Below the pieces are notes generated by a model. The model had not been told where the DNA came from. It made no database searches and saw only the letters and a list, made by a program, of their open reading frames with translations. DNA of 64,000 nucleotides from Candidatus Latescibacterota bacterium. Its GTDB lineage: Bacteria; Latescibacterota; UBA2968; UBA8231. The position numbers and the translations under genes were made by a program. Of this stretch, positions 8,304-17,200 are shown piece by piece. The stretch lies in contig OZ242214.1 of NCBI GenBank assembly GCA_965206595.1, positions 1,952,001 through 2,016,000 on the forward strand, read 5' to 3'. Numbering within the stretch: the stretch's first letter is position 1; every line of letters starts with the position of its first letter.

Positions 8304-9989
8304 CTAGCTGGGAACGCCGCGCGGCCTTCGCTGCTGGTGGCGACGGTGGTTGCCGTGGCGGTTGTTGTTGCGCTGATCGCTCTTCGGCCGCTGGCGTCCG
8401 GTGAAACGAACCGACCGGGTCTCTCGGACTACCATTACCTTCACCTCACCCGCGAAGGTAAGCTCGTTCTTGACGCGCTCGGCAATGTCGAAGGCCAGGA
8501 TTTCCGCATCGTCATCGCTTATGCGGTCACCGCGGACCATCACGCGGATCTCACGTCCGGCATTTATGGCATAGACGTCCTTCACCCCGTCGAACGAGTT
8601 GGCGATCTCCTCGAGCTTCATGATGCGGCGGGCATATCCCTCGAGATCTTCACGGCGCCCCCCGGGACGGCTCGACGAGATCGCGTCCGCCGCCTTCACC
8701 AGGAAACAGATCGGATTGAGGCGCTCGTGATCCTCGTGATGCTCGGCGATCACTTCCTTGACGACCGGGTGCTCCCCGTACCTGTCCGCCAGCTCCACAC
8801 CGAGGTCGATGTGAGTGCCCTTCATGTCGTGGCTGACGGTCTTGCCGATGTCGTGCAACAGTCCAGCCCTGCGCGCCAACTTGGCCTCGACCCCGATGTC
8901 GCCTGCCATCAGCCCAGCCAGATGCGCTACCTCCAGGCAGTGCTGCAGCTGGTTCTGACCGTAGCTGCTGCGGTACTTCAGGCGCCCTATCGTACGCGGC
9001 AGTTCCGGATGGTATTCGGTCGCCCCGATCTCTTTCAGCGCACACTTGCCGGCCTCCACCATTTCCGACTCGAGTTCTTTCCTGGCCGCTTCTACAACTT
9101 CATCGATTCGGTTGGGCGTGAACCCCCCATCCTTTACCAGCCGCTCCATCGAGAGCGCGGCGACCTCCCTCTTGATCGGATCGAAGGATGAAATCAGGAC
9201 GGTATCGGGAGTATCGTCGACCACGACCTTGACACCCGTAGCGTTCTCGAAAGCCCTGACGTTGCGCCCCTCCTTGCCGATGATGCGGCTCTTGAGGCCC
9301 TCATTGGGCAAGGCTACGGTCGCAGTGGAAAAGTGTTCAGCCTCTTCCACTGCGCAACGCTGAATCGCCTGCGCAATGATTTTGCGGGCTTCGCGGTCGG
9401 ACTCCTCTCGCGCCCGGGCGCGCTCCGCCCGTATCATCGCCGCCGCACTCCCCTTCACTTCAGCGGACAGGTTCTCCAGCAGCTGTTCCTTGGCCTCTTC
9501 TGCCGTAAGGTTGGCGACCATCTCCAGCCGCTGCCGGTACTGATCGCGCTTCTGGTTCAGTTCGGCCGCGGACTCGCTCACCGACTTTTGGCGGGCTGCG
9601 ACTTTGTGATCGTCGTCCTTCAGACGCGCCCAATCCTTGCGTAGATCCTCGCGTTTGCTGGTGAGTTCGCGATCCTTTGCAGCAACCGTGTTCTCCCGCT
9701 TTCCAATTTCGACGAGCTGGTTTTCCAGATCCTTCTCCTGCTCGGCCCTGGCCTTGTACCAGTTATCCTTCTCCTCCAGGATACTGATTCTTTGCGACCG
9801 CTCTTCCTCGGCGAGCCGGCGCGCTGCGCGTTTCTCGGCTTCTTCCTCCATGCGCGCCTGGCTGCTTTTCTTCAAAAAATGGAAAACCGAAAAACCGATC
9901 CCCGCTCCCAACACAAGGAGACCGGTGCAAAAGAGCGCCGCGAGCCAGACATCCACACTCGGGATGAAAGACTGCGTCGTGTTTACCAT
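8304..9989 (-). CDS. rny: ribonuclease Y
   Basis: N-terminal TM helix, coiled coil, KH domain (RIIGKEGRNVR), HD domain (LLHDIGK), AADAIS.SRPG.R and YAINAGREIRV. Confidence 0.96.
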   Translation of the reverse strand: MVNTTQSFIPSVDVWLAALFCTGLLVLGAGIGFSVFHFLKKSSQARMEEEAEKRAARRLAEEERSQRISILEEKDNWYKARAEQEKDLENQLVEIGKRENTVAAKDRELTSKREDLRKDWARLKDDDHKVAARQKSVSESAAELNQKRDQYRQRLEMVANLTAEEAKEQLLENLSAEVKGSAAAMIRAERARAREESDREARKIIAQAIQRCAVEEAEHFSTATVALPNEGLKSRIIGKEGRNVRAFENATGVKVVVDDTPDTVLISSFDPIKREVAALSMERLVKDGGFTPNRIDEVVEAARKELESEMVEAGKCALKEIGATEYHPELPRTIGRLKYRSSYGQNQLQHCLEVAHLAGLMAGDIGVEAKLARRAGLLHDIGKTVSHDMKGTHIDLGVELADRYGEHPVVKEVIAEHHEDHERLNPICFLVKAADAISSSRPGGRREDLEGYARRIMKLEEIANSFDGVKDVYAINAGREIRVMVRGDRISDDDAEILAFDIAERVKNELTFAGEVKVMVVRETRSVRFTGRQRPKSDQRNNNRHGNHRRHQQRRPRGVPS

Positions 9990-10118
9990 GGTAATTCACC
10001 GTTGACATCCAGTTAGTCGGGTTTGACTTGTAGTCCTTGAGTCCGGGTTCGTCCCTAGGCAAATGCGGCCTTGTCCTGATTCGGGCGAACACAGATCCTG
10101 CCTTCCCGCTACCGTCGG

Positions 10119-10138
10119 GCACGGAGCCGGCTCCGTGC
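10119..10138. repeat. perfect 20-bp palindrome (hairpin, possible terminator or stabiliser)
   Basis: GCACGGAGCCGGCTCCGTGC is its own reverse complement and lies 7 nt downstream of the KamA stop. Confidence 0.7.
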
Positions 10139-10145
10139 GGGGCCA

Positions 10146-11549
10146 TTACTTGCAATTCTCCCGCGCTTTCTGCATTGCGCCTGCGATCATCGCACGGCGC
10201 TCTTCGCTTCTGAGCCAGCGTTTAACCACATCCTCCGACAGCTCGTGAATGGGATCAAAAAACAGGAACAGTTCGCCGGGGCGAACCACCGGACTGAGGA
10301 ATACGGCAATTCCGAGTTCCTGGTCGTAGAATTCGTGAGAATGAACGTGCCGCTTGCCGCCGCCACCCATCGTGTCGACGACGAAGTTCGGCATGTGAAA
10401 TCCTGCGGTAACGCCGCGAATCTCCTTTTCCAGCCGCTGCGCCGCGGCCAGAGTCGTGCGCAACTCCTCGACTCCTTTCACCATGTCGTGAAGGAACACG
10501 TAGTACGGCTGAACGTTGATGTAACCGAGCCTGAGGACCAGCAGCTTCAAGGTATTCGCGTCGTCGTTCACGCCTCGTTGCAGCACCGCCTGATTGCGAA
10601 CGACCATGCCCTCCCCGGTCAATCGGTCCAAGGCAGCTTTCGTCAACGCGGTTATCTCGCGAGGGTGATTGAAGTGGGTGTGGAGCGCGACCTGCTTATG
10701 CTCGCGACGCCCGCGCTCGAACACGCTGCACAAGGCCGCCACCCAAGGTTCATCCGTCAGCAGCTTCTGTGGCATGACCGCAGGTCCCTTGGTGGCAAAC
10801 CGCAGTCTGCGGATGTGATCGATGTCCAGCAACCTGTCGCCAACGAGCTTGAGGTTTTCCGGCTTGAGGTTGTAGGCGTCGCCGCCGCTGATGACGATGT
10901 CCTCGAGCTCCGGGTGGTTGGCGACGTATGCAAAAACATCCTCCCAGCGCTTGGGGTTGACCCCGAAGCGGGCCTTCTCGACTTCTTCGGTGTCGAGCCC
11001 CACGGAATACGACCGGGTGCAGAACCGGCAGTAGACCGGACAGGTATCGAGCGCTAGGAACAGCCCCCGGTCGCGGTAGCGATGCGTGAGACCGGAAACC
11101 GGCGAGTCCGCCTGTTCATTCAGGGAATCGAGCCTGAGTTCGGGATGGTCCGGCGTTGTGCGCGAGGCCAACGGCAGGAATTGCGTGCGCAACGGATCGC
11201 CGTACGGCTCGCTCCAATCGATGAGGCTGACGATGTAGGGCGAAATGCGCACGCTCATCGTTGCGTTCCGCACCCCTCGCTCGGCGTCTTCCCAGAACCC
11301 GTCGGTGACCAAGCCCCCAAGAATTTCGCGGAGCTTGCGGACCGAGGTGATCGAGTTGCGACTCTGGAAACGGTGGTCGTTGAACTCCTCGGCACTCAAC
11401 CGCGAGTAGGCCGGGATTCGACGCCAGAAGTCGTCGTCGCGAAGCCGGCGGTGGTCGTCTCCCAAGTCGGAGCCAAGTGAGGTTGGAACCTCACCGGACG
11501 ACTTGTTTACGGCTGCGGACCACGCCGCGTCCTGGGCAGGCGTAGACAT
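10146..11549 (-). CDS. KamA-family radical SAM protein (lysine 2,3-aminomutase-like)
   Basis: DPLRTQFLP, GLTHRY.DR, CPVYCRFCTR, ISGGD, HFNHPREIT, NQAVL.RGVND and the PLP-lysine motif GGGGK. Confidence 0.92.
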   Translation of the reverse strand: MSTPAQDAAWSAAVNKSSGEVPTSLGSDLGDDHRRLRDDDFWRRIPAYSRLSAEEFNDHRFQSRNSITSVRKLREILGGLVTDGFWEDAERGVRNATMSVRISPYIVSLIDWSEPYGDPLRTQFLPLASRTTPDHPELRLDSLNEQADSPVSGLTHRYRDRGLFLALDTCPVYCRFCTRSYSVGLDTEEVEKARFGVNPKRWEDVFAYVANHPELEDIVISGGDAYNLKPENLKLVGDRLLDIDHIRRLRFATKGPAVMPQKLLTDEPWVAALCSVFERGRREHKQVALHTHFNHPREITALTKAALDRLTGEGMVVRNQAVLQRGVNDDANTLKLLVLRLGYINVQPYYVFLHDMVKGVEELRTTLAAAQRLEKEIRGVTAGFHMPNFVVDTMGGGGKRHVHSHEFYDQELGIAVFLSPVVRPGELFLFFDPIHELSEDVVKRWLRSEERRAMIAGAMQKARENCK

Positions 11550-11869
11550 CTGATCCGGGGGGCTACCCAGCGCTGCCACCAGTTTGCAATAACTGGGGAA
11601 CCGCGCCGGGTCCGGAAGAGAGGGGTTGGAAATGCAGCTGGCGAACCTTCGACTGCCATGCAACTCACATGGCGAATCGCCCGGTTAGCTTAGAGGTCGG
11701 GAATTTCGCTGACTGTGCCGCTTCTACCGTCAGTCCGGCAATCGACGATCATTTCCGGCTCCTTTGCCGATTGCCCTGCATCGACGTAGCAGGCTAACCG
11801 CGCAGGCCGATTCGTCTTGCCGCACAGGCCCGGGCCTCCAGACTAACTGCCTCTCTCCGGCGACTTCCC

Positions 11870-12478
11870 CTACCCCGCTTCCCCGAAACGCCGCGCCACC
11901 TCGTCCCAGTTGATGACGTTGAAGAAGGCGGCAATGTAGTCGGGGCGACGATTCTGGTAGGTCAGGTAGTAGGCGTGCTCCCAGACATCGAGTCCGAGAA
12001 TGGGTGTTCCTTCCCCCGTCATCAGGGGATTGTCCTGGTTGGGAGTGCTCATCACGCTGAGCTTGCCACCATTGGCGACGAGCCATGCCCAGCCACTGCC
12101 GAAACGCTTGGCTCCGGCGTCGGAGAAAGCCTCCTTGAAGGAGTCGAAACCGCCAAGGTCGCTGTCGATGGCCGCAGCGATGTCGCCCGAAGGAGCTCCT
12201 TCTCCTGGTCCCATGACGGTCCAGAACAGGCTGTGGTTGGCATGTCCTCCGGCGTTGTTCCGAACAGCGGTGCTGATGTCCTCGGGCACCGAACCGAGAT
12301 CGGCGATCAACTCCTCGACATCTTTTGCCGCGAGATCGCCATGCCCCTCGAGAGCTGTGTTCGCGTTGGTGATGTACGTGTTGTGGTGCTTTGAGTGGTG
12401 TATCTCCATCGTGCGCGCGTTGATGTGGGGTTCAAGGGCATCATATGCGTACGGGAGATCAGGAAGACTGTAGGCCAT
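11870..12478 (-). CDS. sodA: superoxide dismutase (Mn/Fe family, Mn-type signature)
   Basis: [40 protein letters not shown] and DVWEHAYY. Confidence 0.96.
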   Translation of the reverse strand: MAYSLPDLPYAYDALEPHINARTMEIHHSKHHNTYITNANTALEGHGDLAAKDVEELIADLGSVPEDISTAVRNNAGGHANHSLFWTVMGPGEGAPSGDIAAAIDSDLGGFDSFKEAFSDAGAKRFGSGWAWLVANGGKLSVMSTPNQDNPLMTGEGTPILGLDVWEHAYYLTYQNRRPDYIAAFFNVINWDEVARRFGEAG

Positions 12479-12616
12479 GACTCATCCTTTCGTGAATTTG
12501 AATATTGGAGTGTTCGCTGCAAAAAAAATGCGCCACCGCGCAGTCGCTTCCGTCGGCAACGCATCTGAGTTGAGAAATAAGGGATTTCCGGGAACCGATG
12601 CGAGGGGTGTTTGCAA

Positions 12617-13000
12617 TCAACTCTCCGCGATCTGCCGCTTGGCGAGATCGGCCAAAGCTGCCCGAATGGCGTCCTCGGCGAGAACGGAACAGTGTACTTT
12701 CATGGGGGGAAGCCCGCCCAACGCCAGTACCACGTCCTGCTTGCTGATGCGGGAAATCTCTTCGACGGTGGTGCCGGTGACCATTTCGGTCAGGATCGAA
12801 CCTGCGGCAATGGCAGCTGCGCAACCGAAGGATTTGAAGGATGCGCGTTCGGCGCGCCCGTCCGCAATGGACAGATACAAGTGAAGAACGTCCCCGCAGG
12901 CTGAATTTTCAGCTATCCCAACCGCGTCTGCGCCTTCAATAATGCCGGTGTTGCGCGGATTCCGGAAATGATCAAGAACGGTATTACTGTAACCGGACAC
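12617..13000 (-). CDS. iscU: Fe-S cluster scaffold, IscU/NifU N-terminal type
   Basis: YS..VLDHF.NPRN.G, CGD, FGCAAAIA and LPP.K.HCS, so all three Cys are present. Confidence 0.92.
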   Translation of the reverse strand: MSGYSNTVLDHFRNPRNTGIIEGADAVGIAENSACGDVLHLYLSIADGRAERASFKSFGCAAAIAAGSILTEMVTGTTVEEISRISKQDVVLALGGLPPMKVHCSVLAEDAIRAALADLAKRQIAES

Positions 13001-13062
13001 GGGAAAAATAACCTTGTAAGTAACTGTTAATCAGTAGGTTCCGCTATTTTACAAGCGGCGAA

Positions 13063-13091
13063 AATGTACTCGGCTTCCATGCGGATGTCAA
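13063..13091 (-). promoter_or_regulatory. sigma-70-type promoter of iscU
   Basis: Minus strand TTGACA-N17-TACATT, about 60 nt upstream of the GTG start. Confidence 0.65.
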
Positions 13092-13109
13092 CCGCGGAGG
13101 TCGGGGGCA

Positions 13110-13427
13110 TCAGGTACTGAGGTCGAGAGTACCTGTCGCCCCTTGGCTGTTCTGCCAGTAGGCGCGCGCATGCTTGACCAGATCCCACATCACCGTTTCG
13201 GAAGCAACCGCGTCTACCAAGCGGTACATGCTTTCCCTCTTCTCCTCTTCGATCAGACCAAGTCCACCCATCATGGTCAGATGATGAACGAGTCCTGTCT
13301 GCAGCAAGGTCCGGTTCATTTCTGCCAGGCCAATTGTACTTTTGGTCTCGAATTCCTCCATCAATCCCTCGTAAAGCTGGGCGAGTTCGTTCGACAAGGT
13401 GGCCTCGATCTCAAAAACCAGATCCAT
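13110..13427 (-). CDS. hypothetical protein (acidic, helical, 105 aa)
   Basis: ATG after an AAGGA RBS and protein-like composition; no family recognised. Confidence 0.65.
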   Translation of the reverse strand: MDLVFEIEATLSNELAQLYEGLMEEFETKSTIGLAEMNRTLLQTGLVHHLTMMGGLGLIEEEKRESMYRLVDAVASETVMWDLVKHARAYWQNSQGATGTLDLST

Positions 13428-13584
13428 GGCAAGAGTCCTTTTCGGGATGTTTCGGGGATCTTCTGACAGAAACCCGAACGGGCAAGTGCTTCTGCAACCC
13501 TCCTTCGGGCACAACCCTACGGAAGCTGCGTCGATCTGCCTCGGGCGGTCGATTCATGACTCGGAAAAGGCCTTTGTGGTTCCA

Positions 13585-13737
13585 TCAGGGACCTCTCGAC
13601 AACAGGCGCCAGCCGTAATAGAGAAAGGCCGCTATCAGGGCGATACAACCGGCTGCGACCAGGATGTCGAATAACACTTTCAGCGCAAAGAAGGCGCCGA
13701 CGGCCAGCATCAAACCTCCCAGTATCTTGACCAACAT
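13585..13737 (-). CDS. small membrane protein (50 aa, 2 TM)
   Basis: Strong GGAG-rich RBS; MLVKILGGLMLAVGAFFALKVLFDILVAAGCIALIAAFLYYGWRLL is almost entirely hydrophobic. Confidence 0.6.
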   Translation of the reverse strand: MLVKILGGLMLAVGAFFALKVLFDILVAAGCIALIAAFLYYGWRLLSRGP

Positions 13738-14092
13738 CTCCTCTCCGATCCTCCTCTTTTCAAGCGACCCTGTGCCAACCTGTCCATCGAAGGCCAGCTC
13801 CGTGACGGCAGGTGGTGAAAGTGGCTCCAAAACCGAGGTCGGGCAATCGATCCGGGGATGCATTATCCCACCTCACCAAGACAACAGGCTGATTAATTCC
13901 AGCGGTCCGGGATGCTGCCGGCGGTCCGCAAGAGTGGCCGGAAACATTTTCAGTCATCTATCCTTGTCTACGGCCTGTCCTTGGGGACGGCCGCTTTGGG
14001 AAACGATGACCGTGGCCGCCTCCCCTGGCAGGGCTGTTTGGAGCTCGTTATCATTGACCCTCCTGTCTTCTTTCTACGGAAACCATCTGAAA

Positions 14093-15550
14093 ATGTCCAC
14101 GGCACCAGTCCTTGTGGGTCTTTGCCTATACCTCCTGTCGATGCTGGCCATCGGCCTGTGGGCCAGCCGGCGGATCGCAGTCTCGGAGGACTACATAGTC
14201 GCCGGCAAGCGTTTGTCCCTCCTGCTGGCGACCGGAACCCTTGCGGCCACCTGGTTCGGGGGGGGACTCTGCATCGGGGCGGCGAGCGCTGCCTATTCCG
14301 GCGGTTTCCTGGCGGTCATTGCCGATCCCTTCGGCGCGGCACTGTGCCTTTTTCTGGCCGGCCTCTTCTACGTGCGCATGCTGCGGCGCATGGGCCTGAT
14401 GACGATCGCTTCCTTTTTCACCAGCCGTTTCGACGGCCGCGCCGGACTGCTGGCGAGCCTGTGCACCATCCCCGCGTACGTCGGCTGGGTCGCTTCGTTG
14501 ATGGTTGCCTTCGGCAAGGTGCTGCAGTCCCTGACCGGCATGGATCCCACGACCGGCATCCTGCTGGCCGCCGCAGTGGTGTTGGTCTACACCTGGGCCG
14601 GGGGCATGTGGGCGGTCACCCTGACCGATTTCGTCCAGCTGACCATCCTGATCGCGGGGATGCTGATCATAACGCCGATGTTGCTGGCCGACATGGGCGG
14701 CTGGTCCACCATCGCTGCGCGCATACCCGAAGACAGGTTCCACCTGTACCCACGGGATGCCGGTGCTTCCGGCTGGTTCGCCTATGCCCGCGATTGGCTG
14801 GTGATCGGCCTGGGCAACCTCGCCGGGCAGGATCTGGTGCAGCGCTCCCTCTCCAGCCGCGACGAAAAGGTCGCCTGCCGCAGCGCCTACCTCGCCTGCC
14901 TGATCTACGCAACTATCGGACTGTTGCCGGTGCTCCTCGGGATGGCGGGAGCCGTCATTCTTCCCGGCCTCGAGGAACCCGATCTCGTGATGATGGAGCT
15001 CGCTTCGAGGTATCTGCCGACAGCGGCGCTGGCCTTGTTCGCCGGGGCCCTCGTCTCCGCCCTGCTTAGCAGCGCCGACAGCGCCCTGCTCGCCCCGGCA
15101 AGCGTGGTCGGCTGGGACGTGGTCCGTTTCTTCAACCCCAACGCGCAGGAGAGGACGTCCCTCCGCATCGCCCGCATTTCGGTGCTGCTGCTCGGGGTAA
15201 TCTCCCTGGCACTCGCCCTCCACAAGACCTCGGTCTACGACCTGATGGTCGACTCCTGGTCGGTGCTGCTCGCCACGTTGTTCGTGCCCCTCACCGGGGG
15301 ACTCTGGTGGTCACGCGCAAACGCCACCGGGGCCTTGGCGGCGATCGCTGTCGGCCTGGTCTCCTGGCTGTTGTTCGTCTTCTTGCTGCCGCAGCTGCCC
15401 GGTGACCTGCTCGCCGTGCCTTTCGCCGTTGCTGCGCTAGTTGTCGGCAGCCTTGCCGGTTCGCAGCCTCCACGCCCCCTGACGGACGCCGAGGGCCGCG
15501 TTCTCCCTCCGGAGAACCGACTGGGATGGCCCTTCGGCAATTCGCAATGA
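14093..15550 (+). CDS. sodium:solute symporter (SSS) family transporter
   Basis: About 13 TM; DYIVAGKRL, ATWFGGG, YTWAGGMWAVTLTDFVQ, QDLVQR and SA.LSSADS. Confidence 0.93.
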   Translation: MSTAPVLVGLCLYLLSMLAIGLWASRRIAVSEDYIVAGKRLSLLLATGTLAATWFGGGLCIGAASAAYSGGFLAVIADPFGAALCLFLAGLFYVRMLRRMGLMTIASFFTSRFDGRAGLLASLCTIPAYVGWVASLMVAFGKVLQSLTGMDPTTGILLAAAVVLVYTWAGGMWAVTLTDFVQLTILIAGMLIITPMLLADMGGWSTIAARIPEDRFHLYPRDAGASGWFAYARDWLVIGLGNLAGQDLVQRSLSSRDEKVACRSAYLACLIYATIGLLPVLLGMAGAVILPGLEEPDLVMMELASRYLPTAALALFAGALVSALLSSADSALLAPASVVGWDVVRFFNPNAQERTSLRIARISVLLLGVISLALALHKTSVYDLMVDSWSVLLATLFVPLTGGLWWSRANATGALAAIAVGLVSWLLFVFLLPQLPGDLLAVPFAVAALVVGSLAGSQPPRPLTDAEGRVLPPENRLGWPFGNSQ

Positions 15551-15675
15551 TCCGCGTTTCCCAAAGGCCGGCACCGACCGGTTCTTTGCGGGAACAAAAC
15601 CGCTCCGTAAAATTCATATAACTTGTCCGCCGCGGTGGCGGACAATAATCCCACAAAGGAGGAATCGCCTGGCTC

Positions 15676-16578
15676 ATGTTTGGCAGGACATACCCGACGC
15701 TCACTCGCGCTTGGCCGGCGGCTGTCTCCATGGCGGTTGCCCTGCTGTCACTTACCCGTTGCGCCCCGGACCCGGAAATCACTTCAGATGACGGTGCAAC
15801 GATGCTGCTCATCCCGGAAGGGGAATTCACCATGGGTGCGGAGGAGGGGGAGCTCGCGGATTTCGAAATGGGCAGGTACCTCAACTACGAAGCGGAGCGC
15901 CCTTCCCGGCGGGTTTCATTGGCCAGCTTCTACATCGATCGCCACGAGGTGACCAACGCTCGTTACCGCAAGTTTCTCGCCCACGTGAAGGCGTCCGGCG
16001 ACGAGGCCTATCGGCATCCCGAGCAGCCGGATGGACAGGATTACAACCAGGATCTGATGACGGAAAATCTCGCCGGCGACGACCAACCGGCCGTGTGCGT
16101 GTCCTGGTACAACGCCCATGCGTATTGCCAATGGGCAGGCAAACGCCTGCCTACCGAAGCGGAGTGGGAGTACACTGCCCGGGGGGGAGATCCCTACAGG
16201 AAGTATCCCTGGGGAGGGAGTGAACCGGACGGCGACGGCATCTGGTGGGCGAACTACCAACCGGCTCGAGGACGCGGCGCCGACGGGTACCGGCTGTCGG
16301 CACCGGTCGGATCCTTTCCCGACGGCGTCAGTCCCTTTGGCCTTCTCGACATGGCGGGGAACGTCGAGGAATGGGTCCAGGACTGGCACGACCCCCATTA
16401 TTACAGGCGCTCAAAAGAAACCCTGAATCCAACCGGCCCGGCAAAGGGGCGCAACAAGGTCGTCAAGGGGGGCTCGTACGCCACCGACAAATGGCACATC
16501 CGCGTCGCAACCCGCCTGTTCGGAAGACCTTCGCACCGGAGCGTGCAACTCGGATTCCGCTGTGCCCGCGATCTTTAA
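15676..16578 (+). CDS. FGE-sulfatase (SUMF1/EgtB/PvdO) domain protein, probable lipoprotein
   Basis: F.MG, E.P...V.L..FYID.HEVTN, RLPTEAEWEY, DMAGNVEEW, KGGS and GFRCA. Hydrophobic N-terminus ending in Cys; AAGGAGG RBS. Confidence 0.9.
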   Translation: MFGRTYPTLTRAWPAAVSMAVALLSLTRCAPDPEITSDDGATMLLIPEGEFTMGAEEGELADFEMGRYLNYEAERPSRRVSLASFYIDRHEVTNARYRKFLAHVKASGDEAYRHPEQPDGQDYNQDLMTENLAGDDQPAVCVSWYNAHAYCQWAGKRLPTEAEWEYTARGGDPYRKYPWGGSEPDGDGIWWANYQPARGRGADGYRLSAPVGSFPDGVSPFGLLDMAGNVEEWVQDWHDPHYYRRSKETLNPTGPAKGRNKVVKGGSYATDKWHIRVATRLFGRPSHRSVQLGFRCARDL

Positions 16579-16590
16579 GGCGAGGTTGCC

Positions 16591-17073
16591 GTGAGTTGCC
16601 GTAACCTCGAGCAGCACCGGGTCGGAGTCGTTGCCGATACCCATGGCTTCTTCGATCCCCGGATTCCAAACCTGTTCGAATCGGTCGATCTGATTCTTCA
16701 TGCCGGCGACGTCGGCGGGCGGGAGATCCTGCGCAAGCTCGCCGAGATAGCGCCAGTCGTAGCGGTCCAGGGCAACGTCGATCCGGGAACCGATTGCGGA
16801 GATCTTCCCGAAGCCGCCTGGGTCAGCATCGGCAAGCTCGACATCTACATGACCCACATCCTCACCCCACCCCAAGCGGATTCACCCCCGTCCGTCGATG
16901 CGCGCCTGATTCTCTTCGGGCACAGTCACCGGCAGCATCTCTCGGAACACTTGGGGACCTTGTATTTCAACCCGGCGAGCGCCGGCAGGAAGCGGTTCGC
17001 AAATCCTCGTTCGGTCGGCATGCTGGAGCTTGCCGGTGAGGAGGTCACCGCGACCTTCCTGTCTCTGGAATGA
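16591..17073 (+). CDS. metallophosphoesterase (YfcE/MJ0936-like)
   Basis: DTHG, HAGD, GNVD, FGHSH and FNP.S motifs. Confidence 0.9.
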   Translation: MSCRNLEQHRVGVVADTHGFFDPRIPNLFESVDLILHAGDVGGREILRKLAEIAPVVAVQGNVDPGTDCGDLPEAAWVSIGKLDIYMTHILTPPQADSPPSVDARLILFGHSHRQHLSEHLGTLYFNPASAGRKRFANPRSVGMLELAGEEVTATFLSLE

Positions 17074-17200
17074 CCGGCATCAGCAGGGCGGAGCAATGGG
17101 TTGACAGCACCCCTTCTGCAGCAATAACTATTCTCCGTCGGCAAACGCCGACCGGACAGCGGAACAACAACTGCAACACTAGCGAACGAGGAAAACGACG

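Noticed and set aside
7641-9191. Long antisense ORFs (e.g. 7641-9191, 24911-26338, 31016-32338, 17390-18607)
   Set aside because: These are shadow frames opposite well-supported genes, expected in GC-rich DNA with strong codon bias.
9995-10118. Possible 6S RNA upstream of rny (GTGTTCG and GAACC..TCAAGG-like words on the minus strand)
   Set aside because: Only about 120 nt are available, just a short GTTCGCCC/GGGACGAAC stem forms, and there is no long rod with a central bubble and no zapA/ygfA context.
13740-14092. Riboswitch upstream of the SSS transporter
   Set aside because: Some hairpins are present, but no TPP, glycine, SAM, cobalamin or other core motif was recognisable and there is no terminator. 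The 143-codon N-terminal ORF extension here overlaps a divergent gene and is not protein-like.
17101-17130. sigma-70 promoter before the aldehyde dehydrogenase
   Set aside because: TTGACA is present, but there is no convincing -10 hexamer at 16-18 bp spacing.
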